Source: Trypanosoma brucei
Lineage: Eukaryota
DNA length: 64,000 nt
NCBI GenBank assembly: GCA_000002445.1
Contig: CP000069.1
Location: forward strand, 1,376,001-1,440,000
Direction of reading: 5' to 3'
The notes under the pieces were generated by a model. That model was given only the letters and a program-made list of their open reading frames with translations. It ran no database searches and was not told the origin of the DNA. The position numbers and the translations under genes are program-made. Positions 45,549-56,996 of this stretch are shown in pieces. Each line of letters opens with the position of its first letter. Position 1 is the stretch's first letter.

Positions 45549-47003
45549 ATGAATCAACAGGTTCCTATTGAAGGAAGGGGTGACATTGAGGGAAGGAGAC
45601 GAGAGCGTGAGGAGGCTGCGCGTAACGATGCGGAACCTCCAGCAGTGCAGCAACGAGTGGAGAATAACAAACAACCACAATGGACAATTTTGAGCAGCGT
45701 TGAAGCAGTTTTGCTGAATGGTCTGCCGCATCCTGGAAATATGAGTGTAAATGATTTTTTGAGGTTTAATTTACTCGAAGATATCGATTTGGATCAGCGT
45801 CTCCTGAGAGCATCAATGTTTGCCTTTGTACAACGATGTGAAGAGTATATTAATGACGTTAATACACTCAATCGAATATTCGCGGCAGTAGCGTATAAAG
45901 TGTACAAACGTTTTGTCAGCATCTATGGTTTCTATGAGGATGAGGGAATATTGAATCTCAGGCGCTGGCAACAAGCAAATGAGGAAGTAAAGGCCAGGTT
46001 ACACGTGAATATTCGTGGACTGAGAAATGGAGATCAAACTTGGATTATTGTCACTAACATGTTGAATGATGCACTCAAAGAAGCATTGGGAGAAGCTGCC
46101 CAAACAGCTGGTGGTGCTGTCGAACTCTCAGGTTTGTATGATTCCATTTATAATGCGAAATGGAGTTACGTGATGTCGGGTTATGATGCAGGGCCATTTG
46201 GAATGTATGTATTCAATGGAAGACCACAGCGCATATGGACCGAAGCGGAGGTGGATATAACTCCTGATCCTGCGAATGTTGATGCAGAGATTGAGGAGAG
46301 ACCTTATGGTTTGGAGATTTTCGTTCTCACGTCTGAGGAAGGTTGGCCATACAACAGGTTTGAAATGGATTACACTACGGGGCGCAAAGCAGCATTTCAG
46401 CATGTATACATCCGTCGTGAAATTATGCGCGTGTGGTATATAATTCAACGAGGATTGCAAACATGGTGGGTGGAAAAGACGGCTCACAGACCACCGATAC
46501 ATATTGTTATTGGTACAGCTGGTATTGGTAAATCATGTGGTGTTGGATCATTTTTGCTTCATTCCCTGCTTCACTTCCATGAAGGAATGCTTGATGTTGT
46601 TGCGTATTTCACAGACACGATCGCCTTCCTCATATACAACAGAAAGGGTGATGAAAGAGGGAGGGTTGAGCGGTACGAAGGTTCGAGAGCTGCGGTCAAC
46701 GCCATGAATAAAATGAAATTTGAAAACGGAGGTCACATCATTATGGACACAAGGTACGCAACGCAGCAGCTGTATACTCATCTTCCCTCTTATACTTGGG
46801 GTGTAACTTTCCTCACTTTTCCGAATAGTGCCCGTTTTGATGACTGGACTACAAATAGGGGAGGCCGCCAAATTATTATAAACTGTGATGATGTGCGTGA
46901 CATGAAGGCATTTGTGGCATGGAAAAAGCTGTCAATACATGCAAGGAAAAAGGTATCCAACAGAAGAAGACACGAATTGAGGAAGGAAATGGAAGATGAA
47001 TGA
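45549..47003 (+). pseudogene. RHS: Retrotransposon hot spot (RHS) protein gene, 3'-truncated copy. The 484 aa ORF loses homology to the longer copy after ...DDVRDMKAFVAWKKLS (about nt 46934).
   Basis: The N-terminus MNQQVPIEGRGD.EGRRREREEAARNDAEPPAVQQRVENNKQPQWTILSSVEAVLLNGLPHPGN and the P-loop IVIGTAGIGKSCG are characteristic of T. brucei RHS proteins. Alignment with the second copy (50713..) ends where a full-length RHS would continue for more than 300 aa. Confidence 0.7.
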
Positions 47004-50000
47004 AAAATAGTGGAGGGACGTATTAATTCAATTGGGCCTCTGCATCCTTATATATCTGGTTTAAGATGTTATGAGTGGCGTCTGAAAAGAGTGCATGATG
47101 CGTTGGAAACTATGAAGAAATCGGGTGAATATTCCTATAATAATATTATTGAGCATACGGCTGCCAGAGAGAACAATGAAGTTATGAACAAGTTGGAGAA
47201 GATTGTAAGAGTAAAGGCAAATGTTGGAGGAATCGAATCATACAAATGTCAAGCTCTATCACCGATGATCCGACATATGATGATGAGCTAATTGTGCTCT
47301 TGTGTGTTAGTGAAATGCGACTTTGTAACATATGATGGATTTGATACCAAAAACTGTATTTATACTTTACTAATGGTTTGTGCATTGTATACTTTTCCTC
47401 TTTCTTCGAGTGCTTGATGCAGTCACATAATTTTGTTGAATTAGTTACCACACGATGGGAATGTGTGTTTAACAATTTAATTATTATTTTAGTGGCATGA
47501 GTCAATAAATGTTTCAGTTTATCCATTGCAGATGATTGTCTCTGATATCACAGGATTCTATTACTCAAAATAAATACATTGTACTCTACAACATCTTGGA
47601 CTCCAGTTACTTTATTTTGATGGATTTCTTTTGTTTCTTTTATGATGGGAACTGCAGGAATATTGAGGGGATTAAGGAAGTGCGCAGCGGTATGTTAAAA
47701 AATAATAAAATAAAAAGAGCACAACACTGATAACAGCTACATCGCAACAAAACGAATAAGTTTTTTGAGTGAGCATCGGACAATGCCAAATGACATTGTA
47801 GAATATTATACAAACATATCTGGTTCCGTTACATTAATTTGAAAGAACACATTAAGATGTGACAGTTCTCGTTTGTGAAGGAAAACATTGATAACATTAA
47901 ATTGTGAGTAACATTTTGTTATTTTTACATTCCTCACATTACAGTTAGTTAAGCATAATTATGTTATATCTCCTTGCTTTTTATTTTTTAACTTAGAATT
48001 TTACTTTTATTATTTATTTCTTTCTTGAGGGTTGTGAAGTTAACTATGTTTGACAGCAGCACATAACTCACAGGGGTACCCTTATGGTTTCATGCGAAGT
48101 TTTTCTTTTTTTCATGTTTATTTAAAATAAACTTTTGTTTTTTGACTTCTACATGTAGCCGACTAACACTGGCAGAGTCATAGGAAGTTTGAATTCAATT
48201 TTTTCTTCCAATGAGCAAAGCTATTCATCTGTTGGCAAATGGTTATATATAGCAGTAGAATATATTACGCAGTGCTTGTTGTATTTTAATTTATTTTTAT
48301 CATTTATTTTATTGCATATCATTATTTTACAGTTGCTATAATGAAATCATTGTTATTGTGTCGTTTCAGGATATTAGATCACTTATCATTTAACGTAATT
48401 TCAAATTATGATTATATTGAAACAAGTGCATGTTAGTGAAGAATATGCCTCTCTTGATAATTCATGTCTTTTTCTCTTTTAATTTTTAATTTTCAATTTA
48501 GTGCTATAGTTTTAATTAAATGCGTATATTTAACAATGTGGTATTGTTCCATATGGAATGTATCGCCATGGGTTACCATTCACACATTAGTTACTATATT
48601 TATGGTTAAAATGTTTATGGCTGAATGCTGCATTACATTGCTATCAAAATATTATGAATTGGAATAAAATGGAAAAGAAAGCTTGTATGTAAGTGAAATT
48701 ATATCAAGTGTTGTATTTCTGCTACTCGTCAACTTGATACATTTTGCATTTACCCCTCCCACCCCAAAAAAGAAACTAGGAATGCAAGTGTATAAATGTG
48801 TTTGATGTATCCAAATGCAACCAATTGGAAGGTGCGAGTTTTCTGTTTCTTTTTTTTCTGTTTTGTATTCTTTGAACTGTGACACTTTTTTTCAAGACTC
48901 CGGTGTTACGCTGCTGAGTGATCAAAGAAAATAGAAGCAATATCTTTGGAGGAAGTTATTAGTAATTAATTAATTAGTTTGACTCTGAGAGAAAATAAAA
49001 GGGAAAACAACCACTGCTTCTTGAGGAACACAATTCTGTTGTATAGCTTCTGATGTTGTGATCATATATAACACATTTATGGTTATTATATATTTGTATA
49101 TTCCACAAGGTATATCATAGTGTTGAATAGAAAACAAGGAAGGACTTTTGAGGGGGTTTTGTATGTTCTGCTGAATAAAATGAATGGGAATGAAAATATT
49201 AGTAGCTTAACATAACATAGAAGGAGTTTAGAGATATTATGATATGTAATGCTTAAAGTGTCTCACTTACACTTTTTTTTTTTTTGGAAATAGTTACAGT
49301 AACAAAAAGAAATTTACAGTATTTATAAGGAATGGAAATAGGCAGCTGAAACATTAGCGGGAAGAGAAGGGAAGGGAAAAGAAAAAAAGTAAATTATTAT
49401 TTCTCTCATGGATATTTACACTAATTTATATAGGGAGAAACAAGCGATTAGCATACGCAAAGTAAAATGAAATGTGTAAAACATTTAGTGATATATAAAG
49501 CAGAGAACACATACAAAGACACGCACAAGCACATCCGGCACTTCAGAATATATCATATATTTTCTTATATTTGATATATTTCCTTACATATTCCATATAT
49601 TCCCTATGTTTCTGGTTCCTTATATATTCCATATATTCCATATTTTTCAGATAGAGAGAAAATATTGTAAAGCATTTGTCCATGTGGCATACATTTTCAA
49701 TACTTCTTTTTCACCATTATTCGACTCAGCACACTCCTCAAAAGAGGCCTAATATTGGATTATTATTCCCACAAATATATTTGTTTCCTTCCGTGAGCCT
49801 TTCGTTCCTTTTGAGTTTCACCAAGGCACAAAAGCAGATGCATGGTAAGGTGCTCCAATACCAAAACAAAAACAAATACCTTTCATTCCTTCATATATAT
49901 TTCTTAGATTCATGGCTCCATGGTTGCAAAAAAGAAAAAAAAAGGATCACTTAAATAAAGAATAAAGAAAGTGAGCAGCACTTGTTCGTCAGGTGAGATC

Positions 50001-50282
50001 TTCCTCTTTGATGTATAAGATTTTATTTTTATTGGTTTTTACGGCGACTATTATTGTATATGTTTTGATATCTCGTACTCTTATTTGCACACTGTGTACT
50101 CATTCGGAGTGCAACAGTTGGCATTAGAAATATTTTTTCCACATTAGGAAGTTATGACAAAATGTCATTCCGAGTGACAGTTCATGTGGGATTATACGCA
50201 AGTTCTGATAGTTGTTTGTATTATTTCTTCATGTAAAGCGCCTTCATCATGCACATGAATACCTTTAACCAAGTATTATACA

Positions 50283-50712
50283 TTTTACATAGCTTATCAG
50301 TAAAACTAATATTTCCCATTTTTCATGGCAATGCCACATTTATTTATTCTTTTTGCTTTTCCATACCCATATATATCTAAGTATATTATTTTTTCTGAAA
50401 TGATGGTGTGCAGTAACTGGGAATTGTTGTTTGAGTTTTCCTCCAAACAGAAATGTTTATTCATACTCTCATACCTTATTTGTGCTTAAGTTGCTGTGAG
50501 TTCTAAACACATGATAAGATTTGTATTGAATCCTAATTTTAGTAAATAGTTTTCATCTGTCATATTAATTCCTAATATTCATTTATTGTATATTTATTTT
50601 GGTTTAGAAGTGTATCCGTTTTATATTCCCTCATCTTAATTCTTTTTTTTTATATTACAAAGAAAGGAAATAACACAACGCACTCAATTAAGATTATTAT
50701 TCGGAGAGTGAA
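50283..50712 (+). repeat. RHS 5'-flank repeat, copy 2
   Basis: See copy 1 at 45115..45548. Confidence 0.85.
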
Positions 50713-51712
50713 ATGAATCAACAGGTCCCTATTGAAGGAAGGGGTGACAATGAGGGAAGGAGACGAGAGCGTGAGGAGGCTGCGCGTAACGATGCGGAAC
50801 CTCCAGCAGTGCAGCAACGAGTGGAGAATAACAAACAACCACAATGGACAATTTTGAGCAGCGTTGAAGCAGTTTTGCTGAATGGTCTGCCGCATCCTGG
50901 AAATGTGAAGTTGAATGATTTTTTGAGTAGTAATGTCTATAGAAGAAACCATGTGAATGAAGTAAATAATGTATCATTGTTTTTGTTCTGTAGAATGCCG
51001 GAGCGATACATTGAAAGAAAGGATATACTGGACGAGGCATTTGATCTACCTGATTTTGGGACGTACAAACGTTTTGTCAGCGTCCATCGCTTCCTTGAGG
51101 ATGAGGGAATATTGAATCTCAGGCGCTGGCAACAAGCAAATGAGGAAGCAAAGGCCAGGTTACACGTGAATATTCGTGGACTGAGAAATGGAGATCAAAC
51201 TTGGATTATTGTCACTAACATGTTGAATGATGCACTCAAAGAAGCATTGGGAGAAGCTGCCCAAACAGCTGGTGGTGCTGTCGAACTCTCAGGTTTGTAT
51301 GATTCCATTTATAATGCGAAATGGAGTTGCGTGATGTCGGGTTATGATGCAGGGCCATTTGGAATGTATGTATTCAATGGAAGACCACAGCGCATATGGA
51401 CCGGAGCGGAGGTGGATATAACTCCTGATCCTGCGAATGTTGATGCAGAGATTGAGGAGAGACCTTATGGTTTGGAGATTTTCGTTCTCACTTCGGAGAA
51501 GGGTTGGCCATACAACAGGTTTAAAATGGATTACACTATGTGGCGAAAAGCAGTATTTCAGCATGTATACATCCGTCGTGAAATCATGCGCGTGTGGTAT
51601 ATAATCCAAAAAGATCTGAAAGCATGGTGGGTGGAAAAGACAGCTCACAGACCACCGATACATATTGTTATTGGTACACCTGGTATTGGTAAATCATGTG
51701 GTGTTGGATCAT

Positions 51713-51729
51713 TTTTGCTTCATTCCCTG
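51713..51729 (+). repeat. Target-site duplication copy 1 (ttttgcttcattccctg)
   Basis: The same 17-mer recurs at 56980..56996 (between ingi and RIME) and at 57494..57510 (after RIME). It is single-copy at the homologous position of the uninterrupted RHS (about 46554..46570). Confidence 0.8.
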
Positions 51730-54700
51730 GCGATGCCGGCCACCTCAACGTGGTGCCAGGGTCCAGTACCCCGTATCATCGGGGGAAGCCAAGAGCCAGC
51801 AGCGTTCCTTTCATGGGGAACACTGCTGTGCTCCGGCTACGGCATCATACAGCACAGGGATCAGCAGCGTCTTGCTGGGACACCGTCTTTCATTTGTCGG
51901 TCCCTGGGCACGTGCCAGCGTGCCATCAGCAGTATCATCCGCACTAAGATGCTGCTGTCCGGTGATGTGGAAGAGAATCCCGGCCCGTCGTTGCGCGGGA
52001 TGCAGTGGAACTGCGCCGGGCTATCTCAAGGAAAGAGATTAGCACTCCACAAAACCCTTGTTGATGAGCGGATCGCCTTTTGTCTGTTGAGCGAGACAAG
52101 GATGACGCCTGGAGAGGCGGCTTGCTTTAGCGTTGCTGGCTACCAACATCACGGAATAGCTCGTAACTGCAAAGGAGGTGGTGTATCAATACTAGTGAGG
52201 GAGGACCTACCAGTCGAGACCGGTATGGCCGTTATTGGTCGCATTGAACAAGTGCATGCAACAATTCACCTTGCACGTGGAACGGCGCTGACTGTCACGT
52301 CGGCATACATCCCACCAAAACACACCTTCACGGCAACTGACCTAGATACGCTTCTGACGACTGACGGTGCCCAGCTCATCGGTGCAGACGCTAACGCACA
52401 CGCGTTGGCATGGGATCGCGCGAGCCCACCAAATACCAAGGGTGAAACCCTCACACAGTGGTGCATTGACAACCAGTTTCTGGTCTGCAACACTGGTGAG
52501 TGCACCAGGTACGCGCGCCACCACGGGGAGTCCACCCCTGATGTGACACTGTCAAGGAATTGCACAGTGTACACGTGGACATCGCTGTATTCTCCCGATA
52601 GCGATCACCATCACATATTTTTCGACGTTATCGTTGGAGACGACACAGATGCACTGAGTTGCCCGCGGCTTCAAAAGCCCATGTACGCATGGCTAAAAGC
52701 TAACTGGAGGAATTTCCGTCTCAAGGTTGACGAGCTCTGCAGGAAAATTAGTAGAGAGAAGAACGTCAACACCCTGGAACAGAAATTGAGCTCCGCCATC
52801 CGCATTGCGACGAAGGTCTCCGTCCCCCGTGGCTGCAGAGCAACGCCACCACATTGGACACCTGAGCTCGCGAAACTCGATGAAGAGATCGCTGGATGCG
52901 GACCCTCCCACCGAAGGGAAAAGTTGGTAGCCACGCGTAAGCAGATCCTGGACCGTACCACAAAGAAGAGATGGAGCACGCTATGCTCCAGACTTGCGGT
53001 GTCAGACCGCTGCAGTCGGCACATTGTCAAGAAGGTATATGCGCCACGACCACTAACCACACCGGCTGTACTTGTAGATAACGCGGCCATCACGGACTAC
53101 CGTCAAGCTGAGAGGTTCAGTAAACTGTACTCGTCCCGCGCAAGAAGGCACCCCGACTCACACCCACCGGCACCAATAAAGACGATAGCGAGTGAGTTCA
53201 GTCCCATCACGATGGCTGAACTACGGAGATCGATCAAACTGCTACCGAGTGGATCCGCAGCCGGACCTGATTGCTTATACAACGAGGCACTGCAACATCT
53301 CGGCAGAACAGCGCTGAATGTTGTTCTGAGGCTATTCAATGAGAGCCTACGAACGGGAGTCGTGCCGCCTGCATGGAAGACTGGTGTTATCATCCCCATC
53401 CTGAAGGCCGGAAAAAAGGCGGAGGACCTCGATTCTTACAGGCCTGTGACGCTCACGAGCTGTCTCTGCAAAGTCATGGAGCGCATAATTGCCGCGAGAC
53501 TTAGAGACACTGTTGAGTCCCAGCTGACGCCGCAGCAATCAGGCTTTCGCCCCGGATGCTCAACGCTCGAACAACTCCTGCACGTCCGCGCTGCCCTCTG
53601 CCGTCCCACGCACCAATATCGTACGGGTGCTGTATTCGTTGACTACGAGAAGGCATTTGATACAGTAGACCACGACAAAATTGCGAGGGAAATGCACAGA
53701 ATGAAGGTATCACCCCACATTGTGAAGTGGTGCGTATCATTTCTGAGTAACCGAACTGGCAGAGTGAGATTCAAGGAGAAGCTTTCCAGAAGCAGAACAT
53801 TTGAGCGAGGAGTGCCACAAGGAACTGTCCTTGGCCCAATCATGTTCATTATTGTCATGAACTCGTTGAGCCAACGCCTTGCAGAGGTGCCGTTACTGCA
53901 GCACGGATTCTTTGCAGACGACCTAACGCTACTTGCGAGGCACACAGAGAGGGATGTCATCAACCACACACTACAATGCGGTCTAAACGTGGTGTTACAG
54001 TGGTCAAAAGAGTACTTCATGTCTGTCAACGTAGCGAAAACAAAGTGCACACTCTTCGGGTGTATAGAGCGCCACCCCCTTACATTACAACTGGACGGTG
54101 AAAGAATAGGAGCTGACAGGACACCGAAGCTTCTAGGAGTAACATTCCAGTGTCTGCAGGGGATGGCAACACATGCGGCCGAAACGAGACGCAAGATGGA
54201 CTTCCGACTACTGCAGATAGCAGCCATCTCAGCTTCTATATGGGGGCCAATACGACAAGTGCTGAGAGCTTTTTATCTAGCACTCGTACAGGCACACACC
54301 ATGTATGGCATTGAGGTATGGTACTGGGACGCTTCGGAACGAAGTCGCGACCTCCTTGCATCAGCACAACACAAAGCCAGTCGCATCATAGCCGGCATAC
54401 CGCATGGGACGCGCAAAGAGGACTCTCTGCTGGAAGCAAACCTCCTGCCACTCAAGACGACCACTCTTGTGCGCAGCATGAAATTCATGCTGATGTGTGA
54501 GTCACGAGGCGGATGTTTGCGGCGCAGTGCTGAAGAAGTATACCACAGCAAACACCCAGTCAGAGCCCTACATTCCCGTATCATGCGGTCCTACCCCCAC
54601 CTCCGCATTGAGCCACGCGAGCACCCACTAGAGACATCGACGCTCCGCCACAGCTGCCGACCGATATTTCACACGCAGATAAAGCCTGTGTGCGCTGATG

Positions 54701-55866
54701 ACCCTGACGATGTCAAAAGGGAGGCTTCCGAAAAGTGGATTGAACGACATTTTGCACGGAGGGGGAAGGAGCCACCGCGGCGAGAGCACTACGAATTGTG
54801 GACTGATGGATCCGTGTCCCTCGGTGAGAAGTCCGGAGCAGCTGCCCTGCTCTATAGAAACAACACGCTGATTTGTGCACCTAAGACAGGAGCAGGGGAA
54901 CTTTCATGCAGTTACAGAGCGGAATGCGTAGCATTAGAGATAGGACTGCAACGGCTGCTGAAATGGCTTCCGGCATACAGAAGCACACCGAGCAGGTTGT
55001 CCATCTTCTCTGACTCGCTGTCAATGTTAACAGCACTGCAGACAGGCCCCCTAGCCGTAACGGACCCAATTCTAAGACGACTATGGAGGCTTCTGCTTCA
55101 AGTTCAGAGAAGGAAGATACGTATCCGACTGCAATTTGTGTTTGGCAATTGTGGCGTGAAACGGAATGAGGTTTGCGATGACATGGCCAAAAAGGCCGCA
55201 GATTTACCACAGTTGCGAGACACATGGATCCCCGACATCATTGCTTATGCGAAGCGAGTGCTTAGGTCGGAAGAAGTCCATGAGAACACTCATAGGTTTG
55301 GTATCACGGGCAACCACTTTCCAACAAAACATAAGGAAGAACTGACGAGGGAAGAAGAAACGGCACTGGCACGCTTTCGGGTTGGGTCTTCAAGACACTA
55401 TGGATGGATGTTGCGAAAGATTAACCCGAGTGTGCCTCCACAGTGCCGATGGTGCAACCCGCAACATGCAGAGATAGGGCCAACAATACAAACAGCCCCA
55501 ACTGTTGCGACACGCACTCTTCAGAGAACCTCCGAACCGACCAAATGTACTGAATGTGATGCCACATACCAATGCCGCTCGAGTGCTGTAACGCATATGG
55601 TAAACAAACATGGCTTTGTGCGAGCTGATGCCCTTCGAAAGATAAAATACGGCGATGCAACACCTGCAGTGGATATCCCCCCGGAGCCCCCTCCAGTGGT
55701 GGCGATCGTTCCTCTACCATCGAGCACACGAGTTACGATGAGACCGCAGGTGCTTCATTGTACCATCTGTGCCTCCAAATTCGCAATGCCAGGCAGACTA
55801 CTACACCACCTTAGAACAATACATGGCATAGGCAGCGGCAGTTGCCGCGTGAAAAGGGGGCGATAA
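51730..55866 (+). CDS. ingi ORF, main part (1378 codons). It is in frame with the upstream RHS fragment and ends at TAA 55864..55866. The same frame continues 55879..56706 (C2H2 fingers), so the element has 1659 codons interrupted by a single stop.
   Basis: Track ORF 50713..55866 and ORF 55879..56706 lie in the same frame (offset 5166 = 0 mod 3). The endonuclease/RT/RNase H/Zn-finger domain order is that of ingi/L1Tc-type elements. Confidence 0.8.
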   Translation, partial: AMPATSTWCQGPVPRIIGGSQEPAAFLSWGTLLCSGYGIIQHRDQQRLAGTPSFICRSLGTCQRAISSIIRTKMLLSGDVEENPGPSLRGMQWNCAGLSQGKRLALHKTLVDERIAFCLLSETRMTPGEAACFSVAGYQHHGIARNCKGGGVSILVREDLPVETGMAVIGRIEQVHATIHLARGTALTVTSAYIPPKHTFTATDLDTLLTTDGAQLIGADANAHALAWDRASPPNTKGETLTQWCIDNQFLVCNTGECTRYARHHGESTPDVTLSRNCTVYTWTSLYSPDSDHHHIFFDVIVGDDTDALSCPRLQKPMYAWLKANWRNFRLKVDELCRKISREKNVNTLEQKLSSAIRIATKVSVPRGCRATPPHWTPELAKLDEEIAGCGPSHRREKLVATRKQILDRTTKKRWSTLCSRLAVSDRCSRHIVKKVYAPRPLTTPAVLVDNAAITDYRQAERFSKLYSSRARRHPDSHPPAPIKTIASEFSPITMAELRRSIKLLPSGSAAGPDCLYNEALQHLGRTALNVVLRLFNESLRTGVVPPAWKTGVIIPILKAGKKAEDLDSYRPVTLTSCLCKVMERIIAARLRDTVESQLTPQQSGFRPGCSTLEQLLHVRAALCRPTHQYRTGAVFVDYEKAFDTVDHDKIAREMHRMKVSPHIVKWCVSFLSNRTGRVRFKEKLSRSRTFERGVPQGTVLGPIMFIIVMNSLSQRLAEVPLLQHGFFADDLTLLARHTERDVINHTLQCGLNVVLQWSKEYFMSVNVAKTKCTLFGCIERHPLTLQLDGERIGADRTPKLLGVTFQCLQGMATHAAETRRKMDFRLLQIAAISASIWGPIRQVLRAFYLALVQAHTMYGIEVWYWDASERSRDLLASAQHKASRIIAGIPHGTRKEDSLLEANLLPLKTTTLVRSMKFMLMCESRGGCLRRSAEEVYHSKHPVRALHSRIMRSYPHLRIEPREHPLETSTLRHSCRPIFHTQIKPVCADDPDDVKREASEKWIERHFARRGKEPPRREHYELWTDGSVSLGEKSGAAALLYRNNTLICAPKTGAGELSCSYRAECVALEIGLQRLLKWLPAYRSTPSRLSIFSDSLSMLTALQTGPLAVTDPILRRLWRLLLQVQRRKIRIRLQFVFGNCGVKRNEVCDDMAKKAADLPQLRDTWIPDIIAYAKRVLRSEEVHENTHRFGITGNHFPTKHKEELTREEETALARFRVGSSRHYGWMLRKINPSVPPQCRWCNPQHAEIGPTIQTAPTVATRTLQRTSEPTKCTECDATYQCRSSAVTHMVNKHGFVRADALRKIKYGDATPAVDIPPEPPPVVAIVPLPSSTRVTMRPQVLHCTICASKFAMPGRLLHHLRTIHGIGSGSCRVKRGR
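51964..51987 (+). other. 2A-like ribosome-skipping motif DVEENPGP near the N-terminus of the ingi ORF
   Basis: gat gtg gaa gag aat ccc ggc ccg encodes D-V-E-E-N-P-G-P, the canonical D(V/I)ExNPGP 2A consensus. The RIME breakpoint (57240) falls inside this motif (ggtgatgtgga|cctcc). Confidence 0.8.
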
Positions 55867-56979
55867 AACGAGGACTCAGTGCAAGGAGATGGTAAAGCCC
55901 CAGCAGCGCCAGCCTCTCAGGATACACGGAAGCTGCCGTTTCAATGTGACCTGTGCGAGGCGAGCTTCGGTACACGTTCTTCCCTGACACTACACAAGAA
56001 ATTCAAACATAAAAGCATAGTGACGGAGGACGGTACCGTGGTGTTGGTGCAATTCCCTCGTAAGCGTGCCCGTGAGGGAAACGTTGACGTCCCGGGGAAG
56101 GGCGAGGTGCAGTGCGGTGTGTGCCAAAAAGTGCTCAGTTGCAGGGACTCCCTCATCCGACACTGTAAGGCTTTCCACAAAGGTGAGGGAGTCGAGCTTA
56201 AATGCAGCAAAAGCACAAAATTGTGTGCCACTGATTCCCCGCATACAAACACATCCATGTTGGTGTGCCCGACATGCGGAAGGCAGTGTGCTAGCAAAAC
56301 TGGCCTCACCCTACATCAAAAGAAGATGCACGGTATGAAGGTAGAGCGCGCTGTTACCAGCCAACGCGGCGACTGCGAAGAAACGTCGCTGCACTTGATG
56401 AGCTGTCCCGGTTTGAAGGAGTTACGTGTCAGATTTGCGGTAGAAGGTGAGTGTGTGCAGGATGTATGCTTCTCCAAAAGGCTGGCGCAGTTTCTCATTG
56501 CGGTTGAACGGAGCCGGCCGCAGGTGAAGTCCTCACCTAAGGTAACAGTCATACAACCCACTCTCCCTTCTGCAACTTCCCCCCTTATTGCCGAGTGTGG
56601 AGCAAGCAGGAAAAGCACCGGACGCAGGAATAGTCCAGACACCCTCAGAGACAGAGGAGGTATGCAGTCAACAAGCAACAGAAACAGAAAGAGGGGGAGA
56701 GAATAATAAACGAATAACAAAAATCAAAACAAAAGGATTGCTAATTGACATCTTTGGGAGAGTCCGGGGTGAGGGGGGCTTCTCGCCCCATCTGCTGTAT
56801 TCCGTTCAACTGCGGAGCTACAACAAAAATTATAGAGGGTGTGTTAGGATGAATAAAAAAGGGAGACTCTGCCACAGTCGCCAGACCGATAGCATCTCAG
56901 GGCTCTACGGTGATGGCTGATGGCCGCGCCAGTTGGGAGAAACTCTCACGAAGGCACGAAGAAAATTCAAAAAAAAAAA

Positions 56980-56996
56980 TTTTGCTTCATTCCCTG
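56980..56996 (+). repeat. Target-site duplication copy 2, lying between the ingi poly(A) and the RIME 5' end
   Basis: The 17-mer ttttgcttcattccctg is identical to the 17-mers flanking the composite insertion. Confidence 0.8.

Larger units (their letters stand above)
51730..56979 (+). mobile_element. ingi non-LTR (LINE-like) retrotransposon, full length (5250 bp), with 3' poly(A) at 56969..56979
   Basis: It starts at gcgatgccggccacctcaacgtggtgccagggtccagtacc and ends in an A11 tract. It encodes a 2A-like peptide, an APE endonuclease (from MQWNCAGL at about 52000), a reverse transcriptase (about 53230..54100, FADDLTLL), an RNase H (about 54790..55210, ELWTDGSVS) and five C2H2 fingers (55540..56330). 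Its terminal 250 bp at each end are the same as the adjacent RIME. Confidence 0.88.

Noticed and set aside
47010-47291. 93 aa ORF (MEGRINSIGPL...) directly after truncated RHS copy 1
   Set aside because: It could be a frameshifted relic of the RHS C-terminal half, but I could not align it to the copy 2 C-terminus by eye. It is left unannotated.
50713-55866. Track ORF of 1717 aa read as a single protein-coding gene
   Set aside because: It is a chimera. The first 339 codons are RHS and the rest is the ingi ORF that inserted in frame. It is annotated as an RHS pseudogene plus a mobile element instead.
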